Positions 13,130 through 26,178 of a stretch of 64,000 nucleotides of DNA are shown here, piece after piece. The DNA is from Balamuthia mandrillaris. Lineage: Eukaryota. The notes below the pieces were generated by a model. It had not been told where the DNA came from and made no database searches. It was given only the letters and a program-made list of their open reading frames with translations. Position 1 is the stretch's first letter. Each line of letters opens with the position of its first letter. Position numbers and translations under genes: made by a program. Where the stretch lies: contig JAVKOQ020000038.1 of the NCBI GenBank assembly GCA_031835245.2, positions 1 through 64,000 on the forward strand. The letters run 5' to 3'.

Positions 13130-14570
13130 ATGACCGGTGTGAGAGACGTTGCGTTGCTTGTTATCTTTATCGCAGTTGGTCTCCTTTGCAACTTTTCCTG
13201 TGGGCGGGTAGTTACCACGCAAGGCAACAGGCTCCTTGTCGACGGGAAGCCCTTCACCGTCAAAGGCATCAACTACCACCCTGTTCCAGTTGGCCAGGGT
13301 CCAGGCGACTACTACGACTCGGAGAGCGAACCCATTTGGTCCCGAGACATCCCCAACATTGTGGCTTTGGAGGCAAACACCGTTCGCATTTATGACTGGT
13401 GGGACCCAGGCAGCCACAAAGACTTCATGGACGCCTTGGATGCGGCCGGTGTGACTTGTTTGTTGGTGAGCTACCTGCCTTGGGTGGACGGCCACTCTTC
13501 GGACCTGTTTGGCACCTTGGAGGAAGGGCATTACGCCAACGTAAGGGAGATGGTGGAGAAAGCCGGAGACCATCCTGTGCTTTGTGGCTGGATCCTTGGA
13601 AACGAGCAGAACTTCAACGGAGAAGAGTTTGAGAGTCTGTTGCATAACGTGAACGAGTTAGCCAAGGCCATTCACGATGAGGAAGAGAGACTTGGGTTCT
13701 CGACACATCCTGTTACCACGACTTTCTTGCAAACTGGTATGTGTTCTCGTTGTGTCAGTTTCTGTTCTTTTAAACAAAAAAACAAACCTTTTGGCCTTGT
13801 TTCACTTGCAGGAAGTCTTGTGGAACAGCTGAGTCAACTGGACGAGATGAGCGACGTTGGATTTCTTTCTCCTCAACTGTACCTTGCTGAGTACGGGCAG
13901 TTGTTCGCTGAGATGGCCGCGGTTACCACAAAGCCCATTGTCATCACAGAGTTTGGCCTCGACGCATGGCACTACCGCAACCAGGAGGAAGATGAACAGT
14001 TGCAAGCGGACCACGTGTTGCGTAACTTGGAAGAGATGTACAGCGAGGAAAACCTCCAGTATGTTTCCGGTGGCATTGTCTTTGCCTACAGTGATGGCTG
14101 GTGGAAATGTGGAGGTCAGTCTTTATGCTCGTTGCTTGTCTGTTCTTTCTTGCTTTCGTGTCGTTTCGTTGTCTAGTCATTGTCTTTGCTTCTCCTTCAA
14201 CGTGTCGTGACCTTTGTTAACTGACGCTGCACCAGCCAACAGTGTACATGACACCTGCGATTGGGGTGAGGACAACGGTAACTTTGGTGACGGACGCGGC
14301 AACGAGGAGTGGTTTGGCGTCTACAGAATCTCTGATGGAGAGGCAACGCCGAACAAGCTTACCGCCAGGGCAGCGGTGGCAGTGATAGCGGAACACTTCC
14401 AGGCGATACCAGACACTCCTGCCGATGGTTCTTCTGCTGGAGGAGGCGATGGCAGCGGGGATGGCAGCGGGGATGGCAGCGATGATGGCGATGGTGCAGA
14501 TGATGGGGAACAGGACGGAGAGGGCGACGGTGGCTCCGCTGCCCGTCTTCTCTCATGGTTTCTCGCCTAG
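13130..14570 (+). CDS. Secreted clan GH-A TIM-barrel glycoside hydrolase (GH2-TIM/GH5/GH72-like), 3 exons
   Basis: Signal peptide; LLVDGKPFTVKGINYHPVPVG; ANTVRIY; acid/base ILGNEQN; nucleophile IVITEFG; FAYSDGWWK; NEEWFG; Gly/Asp linker and short hydrophobic C-terminus. Introns at about 13737-13811 and 14115-14235. Confidence 0.85.
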
Positions 14571-14740
14571 TTTTCTTGTAGAGAGAACTGTGAACGAACC
14601 GCAGGAGAGAGGGCTAGAGAGTGTGTGCATGTGTTGCAAGAAGAAGAGGTGACACAATTCAATCTTCTGCCCCTTTGTCGTTGTCTGCTGTGTGCGTTGT
14701 GACTCGGTAACTCTCGCAGAGGAAGAAGGACAGCTTCACG

Positions 14741-14790
14741 TTGTCGACACAAATGGGTGTAGTTGTCGACACAACAAAATTTGTCGACAC
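14741..14790. promoter_or_regulatory. Three copies of TTGTCGACAC upstream of PCYT2 (candidate promoter element)
   Basis: GTCGAC at 14743, 14765 and 14783, each in an identical 10-mer; the same core recurs in other promoters. Confidence 0.6.
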
Positions 14791-15035
14791 GCGAAGAGTC
14801 GGGAGATTTCCATTCCAAGAATTCGGACGATTGATCGGAGCATTTTATATACCAAATCCAGCCAAAAGGCGGCGGTGGTGACATCAGCTCCGTTTTAAAG
14901 GAACAAAGGAAAAGGCGGACGGGCCACCACGTTTTTTTGTTTGTTTGTGAACCCTTTTCGTCAAGTCGTCTCTCTACTCTTTCCGGTGCACAACAGCACA
15001 CACTGCACACGCTCCAAAGAAAAAAAAAAACGTAG

Positions 15036-16506
<1,471 letters not shown>

Positions 16507-16782
16507 CAACAAATCGCTCAGAAAAAAAAAAACGTTATGAGGAAAAACAAAAACGGTTTGGTTGCTTATTTCTTTTTCGTTGTTTTGCTTGGTTTTTGTT
16601 TTTGCCTAGTTATGCTTTATGAGAGAGAAGAGAGAAAGAGAGAGAGTTTTATGTACAAACTTTTTTTTATTGTTATTTTGACGCTTGATTGCGAAACTCT
16701 CATTCGTTCCTCAGCCTCTTCAATCATCGAAAGCGAAGGCCAGGAACAGATTGGAAATGGCAGACCAACTCTTTTTTTTGTT

Positions 16783-17535
16783 TTACTGCTGTTGAGCCAG
16801 TCCGGCCTGGGAGGCAGGCGGCAAGTTCTGCAGCTCAGGGTTCTCCTGCTGCAGCTTGTGCAGCTTCTTCTGCTTCCTTTCCTCCTGGGTCAACTCCAGG
16901 GTGGCCGCAAGGATGGTCTCCAGCCTCTCCTTGGCCCACTCCAACGAGCCCGACAACCTCTCCAGCTTTTGCTTGCGCTCACCCAGCAGCTGTTCCTTGT
17001 TGGCCTCCGTGGAGTGCTTGGCCTCTTCCCACGCCTTGGCCGCGTTGTGGTACTCCTCCCGCAGCTGGTCGATGAGGGCGTAGGCACGCTTGCTGGCGTT
17101 GGTCTTGCACCGATCAAAGTCATCGGCCAGCTGGTTGATGCGCTGGCTGTCCTGGCCTTGGTTCCAGGCCTCCACGTACTGCTGGCGCGCTTTGACCAGC
17201 TCCTGGAGGAGCTTCCTCAGCTCGGGGTTCTGCAGCTCCTCGTTCTTGGTGGAGGAAGAAGATGACGAGGAAGAAGAAGATTCGGAGGAGGACGAAGAGG
17301 AAGAAAGCGGGTGAGAAGGTTGTTGCAGCTTTTGCGCTTGGGCGGTGGGTTGCTGTTGGAGAGGAGCGGTTTGGCCGACCTTGTTGAGGCCCAGGTTCTC
17401 GATGACGTCTCCCGGCTGGCCGCCGTGCTGCTGCATGGCTTGTGGTTGCAGCTCGGCTATCTTGGAGCGTTGCTCCGGCGTGTTTTTGCCCAGAGGCGAA
17501 CTCTGTTGTTTCACGGCTTGCGGCTGTTGTTCCAT
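16783..17535 (-). CDS. Uncharacterised Gln-rich helical/coiled-coil protein, intronless
   Basis: ATG 17535 (MEQQPQAVKQQ), 250 aa, strong GC3 codon bias, helical core; no family recognised. Confidence 0.7.
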   Translation of the reverse strand: MEQQPQAVKQQSSPLGKNTPEQRSKIAELQPQAMQQHGGQPGDVIENLGLNKVGQTAPLQQQPTAQAQKLQQPSHPLSSSSSSSESSSSSSSSSSTKNEELQNPELRKLLQELVKARQQYVEAWNQGQDSQRINQLADDFDRCKTNASKRAYALIDQLREEYHNAAKAWEEAKHSTEANKEQLLGERKQKLERLSGSLEWAKERLETILAATLELTQEERKQKKLHKLQQENPELQNLPPASQAGLAQQQ

Positions 17536-18091
17536 TTGTTTGTCTTTGGTTTGTGGTGTTGTTTGTGAGGAAAAAAAAAGAAAACGAAAGAAAGAGATAA
17601 AACAGCTTTTTATTTGTTGACGGTGGAATGTTGAAAGGATGTACACTCTCTCAAGCCCTCTTCAAAACACAAAAAAAAAAGCAGTCCTTTTTTTTTCTTT
17701 GGTGTTTTATTGAGTTTCTTTGCGTTATCGCTGTTTTCTCCGTCTTTTTGCTGTTGCATTTCGATTTCTTTTTTTTTCTTTTCGTTGGCAGTGGGACGGC
17801 TGTGCATCCGCCAATCAGGAGGCCTCTTCCGCCAACAGACAAAACAGACAGTACCTTCTCCTCTGCTCTCTCTCCTCTTTTGCTTTCTTCTTTGGCAAAC
17901 GGGCAGGCGTAGGATCGAATCCAACCGATAACCAATTATTTTTTGAATAGTTTTTAAGGTGGATCTCGCGATCGAATCGCAGTGCTGACATAGTTTTTTT
18001 TAAGGTATTTGTGGACCAAAAAAAACAAGAAAACAAGTGGTAACGCTTCGAGGTCGGAGAACGGAGAAGGAGTGTGGCAAAGGAGGAAAGC

Positions 18092-18923
18092 ATGGCGCAG
18101 ACACCCAAGTTTACCTTTGTACAGCCAGAGATGCGCATGAACAGTAAAAACAATCCTTCCAGGTTACTACTTGCTTTATTGGGATTATTATTATTATTTT
18201 TTGTTTTGTTGAAACGTTTTATTTGATAGTTATCTTTGTCCCAAAGCGGAGGGCCGGGAGCTGGCGGACAAAGGAGGGCATGGTGTCTTTGCTTTAGAAC
18301 CCATTGGCAAAGGAGAGACCGTGATTATGTGGGGCGGAGAGATCATCACCGCCGAACAGCTCAAGTTTGTTTTCGTTACTTTCTTGTCGTTTCTTTCGTT
18401 CTTTCTTTCTTGCTTTCAGTTTTAGATAGTTCTATAGTAGCTTCACCATAGAGAAACCAAATACTAAAAACGCACGTACACCAAAACAATTTAACAGAGA
18501 GTGTTCAGAATATGAGCTTTCAATGTGTCTGCAAGTGGACGATGAGCTGTTCATGAGAATCACTGTGGTGGGTCTCGGCGACTGGATAAACCATTCATGC
18601 GACCCTAATGTTGGAGTTATTGGGCAGGTTTCTTCTTCTTTCTTCTTTATCTTTCTTCTTTCTTCTTCCTGACTTTGTTTTTCTGATAGTGTGGAGCAGT
18701 GGCAATGAGAGACATAGAGCCAGGAGAAGAGCTGACCTTTGACTATGCAATGACCGACAGCTCGCCATACGACACTTTTGAATGTCAATGCGGAACTTCT
18801 CTGTGCAGAGGAGTGATAAGAGGAGGCGATTGGGCGTTGCCTTCTCTGCAGGAACGCTATAGAGGACACTTTTCGTTGTACATCCAACGAAAGATAGACC
18901 AACAAAATAGCACAACGAACTGA
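18092..18923 (+). CDS. Small stand-alone SET + post-SET protein-lysine methyltransferase, bacterial-like, 4 exons
   Basis: Spliced product SYLCPKAEGR..KGGHGVFALEPIGKGETVIMWGG...INHSCDPN...AMRDIEPGEELTFDYAM...FECQCGTSLCRG..GGDWALPSLQERYRGHFSLYIQRKI. Introns at about 18163-18229, 18366-18497 and 18628-18689. Confidence 0.9.
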
Positions 18924-19063
18924 GACAAAATGTTTGTCTTTTTCTCTCTCCCTCTCTCTCCCTCTCTTCCTTTGTTACTCTCTGGATTTGTTGCAATCGA
19001 GAAGCGAGCGCGAGAGTGAACGGACGAGAGAGAAAGATCGAGAGCAGAGAAACGGATTTATGT

Positions 19064-20825
19064 TCAAAGAGAGAATATAGACTCAACGAGCGCCCATAAA
19101 CAAACGTAAGTCGTATGCAACGTTCCACCAATACGAACATCCCACTTTGGATTGTTCTTTAACCTTCTGTTCTGTTCTTCCATTGCTTCGTACCTGTTTT
19201 TAAAGCGTATGAGAGAGGACAGGAAGGTGAAAGTGAAAGTGCAAATCTTCCAAAGGAACCATCTTTCTTCTGCTGCTTCCATATCCACCGTCTAACATTC
19301 GTATAAAGCTTCTTTCCTGACTCCACCAACAGCAGTTCTGACGCTGACATACCTTCTTTCATTCTTTCCGCGCCCAACAATAACACATCATAATACTCAT
19401 TTCTGAGCTCTGCCCAATTGGTATACAGCTCTGCAGCAATGTCCAATGATGCCACTTCCTCCATCTTCGTCACGCAATGCACCAACAATGCTCTCAACGC
19501 GGTTTCTGCATACTTTACATCCTCTTCTGTCATCATTCTCTTCTTCTCTGCATTCATCTCTTGCAACGAAGAGGCATTGAAAGAAGCAGAAAGAGGACCT
19601 TGAACTCCACGATCCACCAAAGCAAAGATCTCGTGAGTAAAGTCGTAAGCTCTCTTCATGTTGGCGCCACCAGCAGAAGGCTGAAGAAACCACATAAGGT
19701 TCCGTCTCTGACTGATGATGGATTCCCTCTCAAACACTTGTTGGAGAGAATGCATGGAGGGAACGAGGTTATGGTAGTTTAGCCACTGCATGGTTCCGGA
19801 GATGCCCATCCTTTGGTCGATGCCTCGATTGGGAAGATGGTCTATGATGGCTGAGAGGATGCCTTTCTCCTCCAAATAAATTTTAAATAATTCGCATTCT
19901 TTTGGATGTTGCTCTACCTCTTCTTTTTCTCTTGCTTCAGATGGAATAGGAGAAGAAGCAGAAGAAGAAAAAGATGAAGATGAAGATGAGGATGAAGAAG
20001 AAGAATAAAGGTGACGATGAATGGAAGGCCAAAATTGAAGAGCGAGCCAGTAACAACGGAGGTAGGAGATGGAATCCTCTTGGAAGTGAGTTGGATGGTT
20101 CGGATCCACCATGTTATGAAAGCTTTCCTCTGTTGTTTGCTGTAACACTATGAAAGAAAATGGCTATAGATCAGAGGGAAAAAAAGGAAAAAGAAAGAAT
20201 GTAGAGAAAGAATGTAGAGAAGCATGTTACCTTCTTTTGCTTTGATGAGTGCCTCCATCGAGAGCGCTTCTGCTTCTTTCAGCAACTTTGCCACCACTCT
20301 TTCTTTCTTCATCTCCTCCTCTGCATTGTGCTCTCTATCATTTATGTTGTTCGTGTTGCTCAGCATATCAGCAAAGGAGGCAGCACGAAGCACGGAGTCG
20401 GGCCAGCGGTAGGCCAACAAAAGCACATCCAAGGCCTCCACCAAATGCTTGATCCCTTTCATGCCGAGCTGCTGGCGAAAGTAGCGAGCGTCCAGTGGAG
20501 GCAGCTCCTTGTTCTGGGCGAGCCACGAGAGACTGGCTTGAAGGATGGAGGTTGTGCGCTGGGCCTCCTTGAGCCAGCGGAGGTCACGGTTGAGGAGAGA
20601 ACGTGGTTGGACGGAACAAAGAGAGGCAGAAGCATGACAAGCATAAGCAGCAGGAGACGATCGGAGTTGAGTAAGTTCTGCAGAGCTAGAAGAAGACAAG
20701 AGAATGAGGAAGAAGAAGCAGAGAACAAGGAGGAGAGGTGCCGCCAAATGGATGAAAGAGGGAACGCGAGCAGGGCCGAGTGCCGCCATCCGGTTCGTGG
20801 TCGGTAATGGTGGCAGTAACGCCAT
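19064..20825 (-). CDS. Secreted or membrane-anchored helical protein, alpha/alpha-barrel (DUF6895-like), multi-exon
   Basis: Hydrophobic N-terminal segment; motifs AYDFTHEIF, LDIAAEL, QQKKDGSFG and TLHTTYVCLWAL. Family match is from memory only. Confidence 0.6.
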
Positions 20826-21090
20826 TCTTTTCTCCTCTTCTGTGTTTCTTGATCAACATCTCCGATCGTATATGACGTCACATATATTGTCGACTCCCAT
20901 AGTGACTCCTCGTTTTATCTGTCGACAGATAAAACGACAAATTTGCCCGGCACTCCTCAAGTCCTAACCCTAACCGTACCGAATAAACGAACCCTAACCT
21001 AACGTACCAAAATTTCCCAAACAAAAAAAGAACCACTTTTCGCCTGCAAAGCAAAGGGAGGGTTTTGCTGCAAACCACAAAGCAAAGCAA

Positions 21091-24000
21091 ATGGAACGAG
21101 TAGCGGGAGGATGTGAGGAGAAGATCATCCCAGGGGGAGGAAAAGGAGAGGAAGAGCCAGAGCCGGATTCAGAAGTTTGGCACTCCACCAACAAACCGAA
21201 AAGTCCGAATCCACCCGAATCGCATTTCACCACGACTCAAGAGCTGCAATCGCCCAACAGAAATGATCCTGGAGAAGAAGAGAGCATGTCAACAGCACAA
21301 ACCAAGAAAAAGTCACCCAACCACAACAATAACAACAGCCCTCGTTTGTTGAGCCGAACGCTGCACGGTGGGGAGCGGATGAGGGCCATCACCCAAGCCT
21401 CTTCCCTGTCGACAGAAAACAGTGACGGCGTTGGCGGCAGCCCTCACCGTAACACAATTCACCATCACCACCCCCACAAAGGAGGGGAAGGTGGAGGGAT
21501 ACGAATGGCAGGAGACCTTCATTTGGGGCGCTCCTTCTTTCACTCCTCGGACACGTTCTATGTGGAAGACGATGGCACCGTGTTCAGGGTCAAGAAAGAT
21601 GGAGCGAAACAGACAAACAAAGCAAACGGAGAAGAGGAGGAAGAGGAGATGAAGGAGGAAGAAGAGCCAGAGAAACATCGAATAAGAGATGAAGAAGGAG
21701 AAAGTGGTGCCTCCACAATGACGAAGACGCCGTTGAGCAGGTTGGGCACGTCTATCATGGAGTATCGGAGGATGAGCCAGATGCTTCAGCCCACAACGAA
21801 TGTTGTTTCACGTCAAAACAATGAATGCAGAAAAGAAGAAGCAGAAGCAAAACAAGCAGATAAAGCAGAGAAGAGAGAAGGACCTGAGCAGCCAGTGTTA
21901 CCAGATGGAGGACATTCTTATGATTCGTCTTCTTCTGCTTCCTTGGCGTCTAACTCGCCTTCACCTTCGACATATCAAAAACAACAACATGAAGAAGATC
22001 AAGGAATCAAAACAACTGGAGAACCAAATACTCGTACTTCTTCTGCTGTTACGACTGATGGAAAAAGACCTCCTTCGTTATCTTTGTCATCTTCGGATGG
22101 CGGTAGTGAAGCAGGAGACGAAAACAAGCATGACACCCAAAAGGAATCAAAAAGAAGAAGAGAGGAGGGACAGGCAGGACAAGAGGAAGCAAGTGCAAAA
22201 GAAGAAGAAACAGGACCACCACCAAAGAAGAAAACACCGGCTGACTTTCAGTTTGGCAAAGTTTTGGGAGAAGGCTCTTATGGCCAGGTACGTTCACAAT
22301 TCATTCAAGAAAACAATCTCTTTGAGCGCGTTCTTGTTCTTCTTCCTTCTTCTTCTTCTTCTTCTTCTTCTTCTTCTTCTTCTTCTTCTTCTTCTTCTTC
22401 TTGTTCTTCTTCTTCTTCTTCTTCTTCTTCTTCTTCTTTCGTCTTAGTTTTTAAAGAAAATTTTTTGATTGCTTCGAATAGGTTCGATTAGCCAAAGAAA
22501 TAGCAACTGGAGAAAAGTATGCGATTAAGATCCTGGACAAAATGCACATTGTAAAGAAGAACAAAGTAGAACAGGTCACCAGGGAAAAAGAGATCCTCAA
22601 TTCAATATCTCATCCCAACGTGATCTCCCTATTTTCCACTTTTCAAGACAGAGAACATCTTTGTACGACCTTCTTCTCAATGTTCGTCTTCTTAGTGTTT
22701 CATTTGTTAACATCGTTTTCAACGAAGATTTTGTACTTGAGTACTGCCCAAACGGCGATTTAGCAGAACATCTGCAACGGGTAAAACAAACCTATTTTTC
22801 ATAAAAAAAGGCATATTGCCAACAAATAGTTAACCGCTTCAAAAAAATTTTTTTTGTGTATGAGCAGCTAGGTTCATTTTCAATGGAATGTGTCCGCTTT
22901 TATGGTGCAGAGCTTCTTTCAGCGTTGGAATGTCTTCATAGCGAAGGTGATCCTCCATTCTTTCGCCTCTAAACCTCATTCATTCATGCTTCTGTTACCC
23001 TCTCGTCTTCTATTCTTATTCAATTGTTTGTTGTGACTTTCTGTAACAATAGGTGTTGTCCATCGTGATATCAAACCTGAGAACCTGCTGTTAAGGTACA
23101 AGCGTACTTATCTGTGCTTCCATGCGCTGATTGCTAATGCATGTATCTCTTAATTATCAAGTTCAACCAATCATCTAAAGCTTATCGACTTTGGCACAGC
23201 CAAACGAATAGGACGATCAAGGGATGGTACTTGTTTTTTATCTTCTCTCTTGTCTCTTTCATTCCTCCTTCTTCAGTCTTCTCCGGCTTCTCCTTGTCCT
23301 CTCTTTTCTCCTTCTGATCATATATTTTGTCTCTGGTCAGCACGGAGTGATTCTTTCGTAGGAACCGCGGAATACGTCGCTCCAGAGCTTCTCAAACAAC
23401 ATTTTTGTGTCAAAAGGTAGAACTTTCTTTCTTTGCAACACAACAAGAACAAACTGTAACTCTTTCACAATAATAGTTCGGACTTGTGGGCATATGGTTG
23501 TGTTCTCTACCAATTCATAACCGGAAAAGCCCCCTTCGCTGCCGAGAATAACTACCAAACTTTCAAGCTCATCGATGCCGGCCGCGTGAGCTATCCCTCC
23601 AGCTTCCCTCCCATCGCCAAAGATCTCATTCAACGCCTCCTGGTGGTTGACTACGCCGCTCGCCTCGGCGCCTCCGATGAAAACAGCTATGACCACATCA
23701 AAAGCCATCCGTTCTTCGAGGGCATCGACTGGGAGCGGCTCAGTGACACCGAACCGCCGACGCTGCGAGCACCCGAGCATCCAATCTACGTAGACAAGAA
23801 GAAGCTCATGATGCAAATGGTGGAAGAGCAGCGAAACTCTGTTTGGGGACGGTTCTTAATGAAGAACAAGAGCAAGCACCACGGTGGCAGCAACAACAAT
23901 GTGCCGGAGATGATACTTTACATGTCGCCAGTGTGGAAGAAGAGCTCCTTCTTCACGATCGCGAGGAAGAGGCAGCTTATATTGACCTCTTTTCCGCGGC

Positions 24001-24315
24001 TGTTCTATGTGGACATGGAGAAGATGGTGCAGAAGGGAGAGGTGCCTTGGTCTGCACAGATGAGGGTTGACGTCAAGTCCGACACATATTTTGAAGTTTA
24101 CACTGTACGCCTCTCTGCGTTCTCTATTCTCCTTATCTCTTCTCTCTCTTTTTCCTCACAAACTTATTTTTTTAAAAAAATACCAGCCAAATAGAACGTA
24201 TCACTTTGAAGCTATTCACGGAGATGCAAAGAATTGGCAGTCAGCCATAATGAAACTGGTAAAGAGAGAAAGGGCCATTCAAGAACAACGGAAACGAGCA
24301 ACTGCTGGAAGCTAA
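21091..24315 (+). CDS. PDPK1: 3-phosphoinositide-dependent protein kinase 1 (long disordered N-terminus, AGC kinase, C-terminal PH domain), about 9 exons
   Basis: PADFQFGKVLGEGSYG, YAIKILDK, HRDIKPENLL, DFGTAK, SFVGTAEYVAPELL, IKSHPFFEGIDW; PH domain RKRQLILTSFPRLFYVD...KGEVPW...PNRTYHFE. Confidence 0.93.
22340..22438 (+). repeat. Intronic (TTC)n microsatellite
   Basis: TTC run in the first PDK1 intron. Confidence 0.92.
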
Positions 24316-24437
24316 AACAAACGGACAAAGAAATTTTCATCCTTTTCTTCTTTTTTGCTAAGTTGGTTTTTTGTGAATGTACATTTTTGCTCTCGTTTTT
24401 GTTTTGCTGTTTTTTTTTATTCCTCCATCGTTCCTCT

Positions 24438-25382
24438 TTATGTGACTGGTTCTTCTTCTTCATCTGAACTGAAAGGTGAGTCCTCTCCATCTTCTTCTGC
24501 TTTTGGAGGCACTTCTTCGTTCTTACTTCCGTTCTCTCCTTCTTCTTCACTCTCTTCTTCGTCTGATGATGTATCGTCGTCCTCTTCCTCCTCTTCCTCT
24601 TCATCAGTATCGTCTTCATCGCTCTCTTCTTCTTCGTCATCTTCGCCGGTTTTCTTTTGATGCGTATGCGGTGGATTACCTAACGGCAACAGGTTTAATG
24701 CTTTTCGCAGAGTTTCGTTTTGTGCTTCCAACGCATTTGTGTAGCACTAATAAAAGTTTATAAGAAAAGCACAAGAGAGAGGGAAGGAGACAGAAGAGAA
24801 CAGGAGCAACTAACCTCTTCTTCCAAGCTTTCTTTGTTCTCGATGGAGACCTGCGATTTGATAACGGCCAACATTTGTTCGATGCTTTCTTTCATCTTCA
24901 CGTTTTGGTCTCGTAAAACTGCTCTTGTTTCCTTTTTTTTAAGATAAAAAATGATGAGAACGGAGTCACGAAAGAAGAAGAACAAGAAGTACTACGACAA
25001 TGGAAAGAAAATATGTACCGCTTCGCGTAAAAGTCGTTGCTGAAACTGTTCAACTTCCATCTGGTGCTCTTGTTTGAGTTTTGCCTGTCGCGACCACCCA
25101 GTCAGAGAAAGAGAAGCAGAAGAAGCAGAAGCAGCAGAAGAAGAAGAAGAAGAAGAAGAAGAAGAAGAAGAAGAAGAAGAAGAAGAAGAAGAAGAAGAAG
25201 AAGAAGAAGAAGAAGAAGAAGAGAGAAGAAGAACAAGAAAGAAGAAGAAGAAGAACAAGAAGAAGAACAAGAAGAAGAACAAGAAGAAGAACAAGAAGAA
25301 GAACAAGAAGAAGAACAAGAAGAAGAAGAAGAAGAACAAGAAGAAGAAGAAGAAGAAGAAGAAGAACGACAACAACAACAAC

Positions 25383-25460
<78 letters not shown>

Positions 25461-25972
25461 CACAACAACAACAACAAGGAGAAGAAGAGAATAACGCGCA
25501 GAAACAGAGGAACAAGAGAGAGAGAGAGAGAGAGAGAGAAGGGAGAGAAGAAGCCAAAGACAAGGAAATTCAAGAGCGAGTGAACGAACTAATTGACCGA
25601 GGTGCCGTTGCATGACGGCCTCCATAGCTTCCTCGTACTCCTGAATGGTGCTTTTCAGCTCATTGTTTTCTATTTGGAGTGCGGGGAAGGAAGGCGCGCC
25701 GCTACCACCAAGGCTGTCTTTCACATTTTCCTTTGCGTGCCGCGGTGGTGAAGCAACCTGATCGTGCGAAGAAATTTGTGCCTATTTTTATTTTTATTTT
25801 TTTTGAGTTGAATTTCATCAAAAAATAATGATTGAGAACTACTCACCTTTAGTTTATTTGCCCGTTGCAACAGATCGTTGGCTGTGTTTTGGTTGTTCTT
25901 CAACTGCGACCGCAGCCGGGAAGTCGTCTGAAAGAGCGCATCGATGAGCTGCGGTAGTTCTCCTTCGTCCAT
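24438..25972 (-). CDS. SIKE/FGFR1OP2-family coiled-coil protein with acidic tail, multi-exon
   Basis: ATG 25972. LQIENNELKSTIQEYEEAMEAVMQRH, LRDQNVKMKESIEQMLAVIK and EAQNETLRKAL match my recollection of the SIKE family pattern; Asp/Glu-rich C-terminus. Confidence 0.7.
25105..25540 (-). repeat. Compound intronic microsatellite (GAA)n/(GAACAA..)/(CAA)n/(GA)n
   Basis: Fills the intron at about 25085-25589 of the minus-strand SIKE-like gene. Confidence 0.95.
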
Positions 25973-26088
25973 CGTTTTTTTTTCCAAGCTCTCTTTCTTC
26001 TTCACTCCTATAACCAGCGCGCGTTCGACACCCGATGGACACCATCTTCTTTTTTTGAAACCAGATTGTCGACAACAAATGACCTTCA

Positions 26089-26178
26089 CCCGTTTCGACT
26101 CCTGGTGAACACCATTTTATTTTTTATGTTTGCCCTCCCCCGTTTCGACCCCTGGGGAACACTTTTTTATTTTTATGT
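26089..26178. repeat. Imperfect ~40-bp direct repeat, 2 copies, 50-bp period, in a divergent promoter
   Basis: cccgtttcgactcctggtgaacaccattttattttttatgt versus cccgtttcgacccctggggaacacttttttatttttatgt. Confidence 0.8.

Noticed and set aside
20963..21008. Chromosome end or interstitial telomere array
   Set aside because: Only a few degenerate units in an intergenic gap between intact genes.
24992..25724. Poly-Cys, poly-Gln, poly-Glu and poly-Lys ORFs in all six frames
   Set aside because: Translations of an intronic compound microsatellite.
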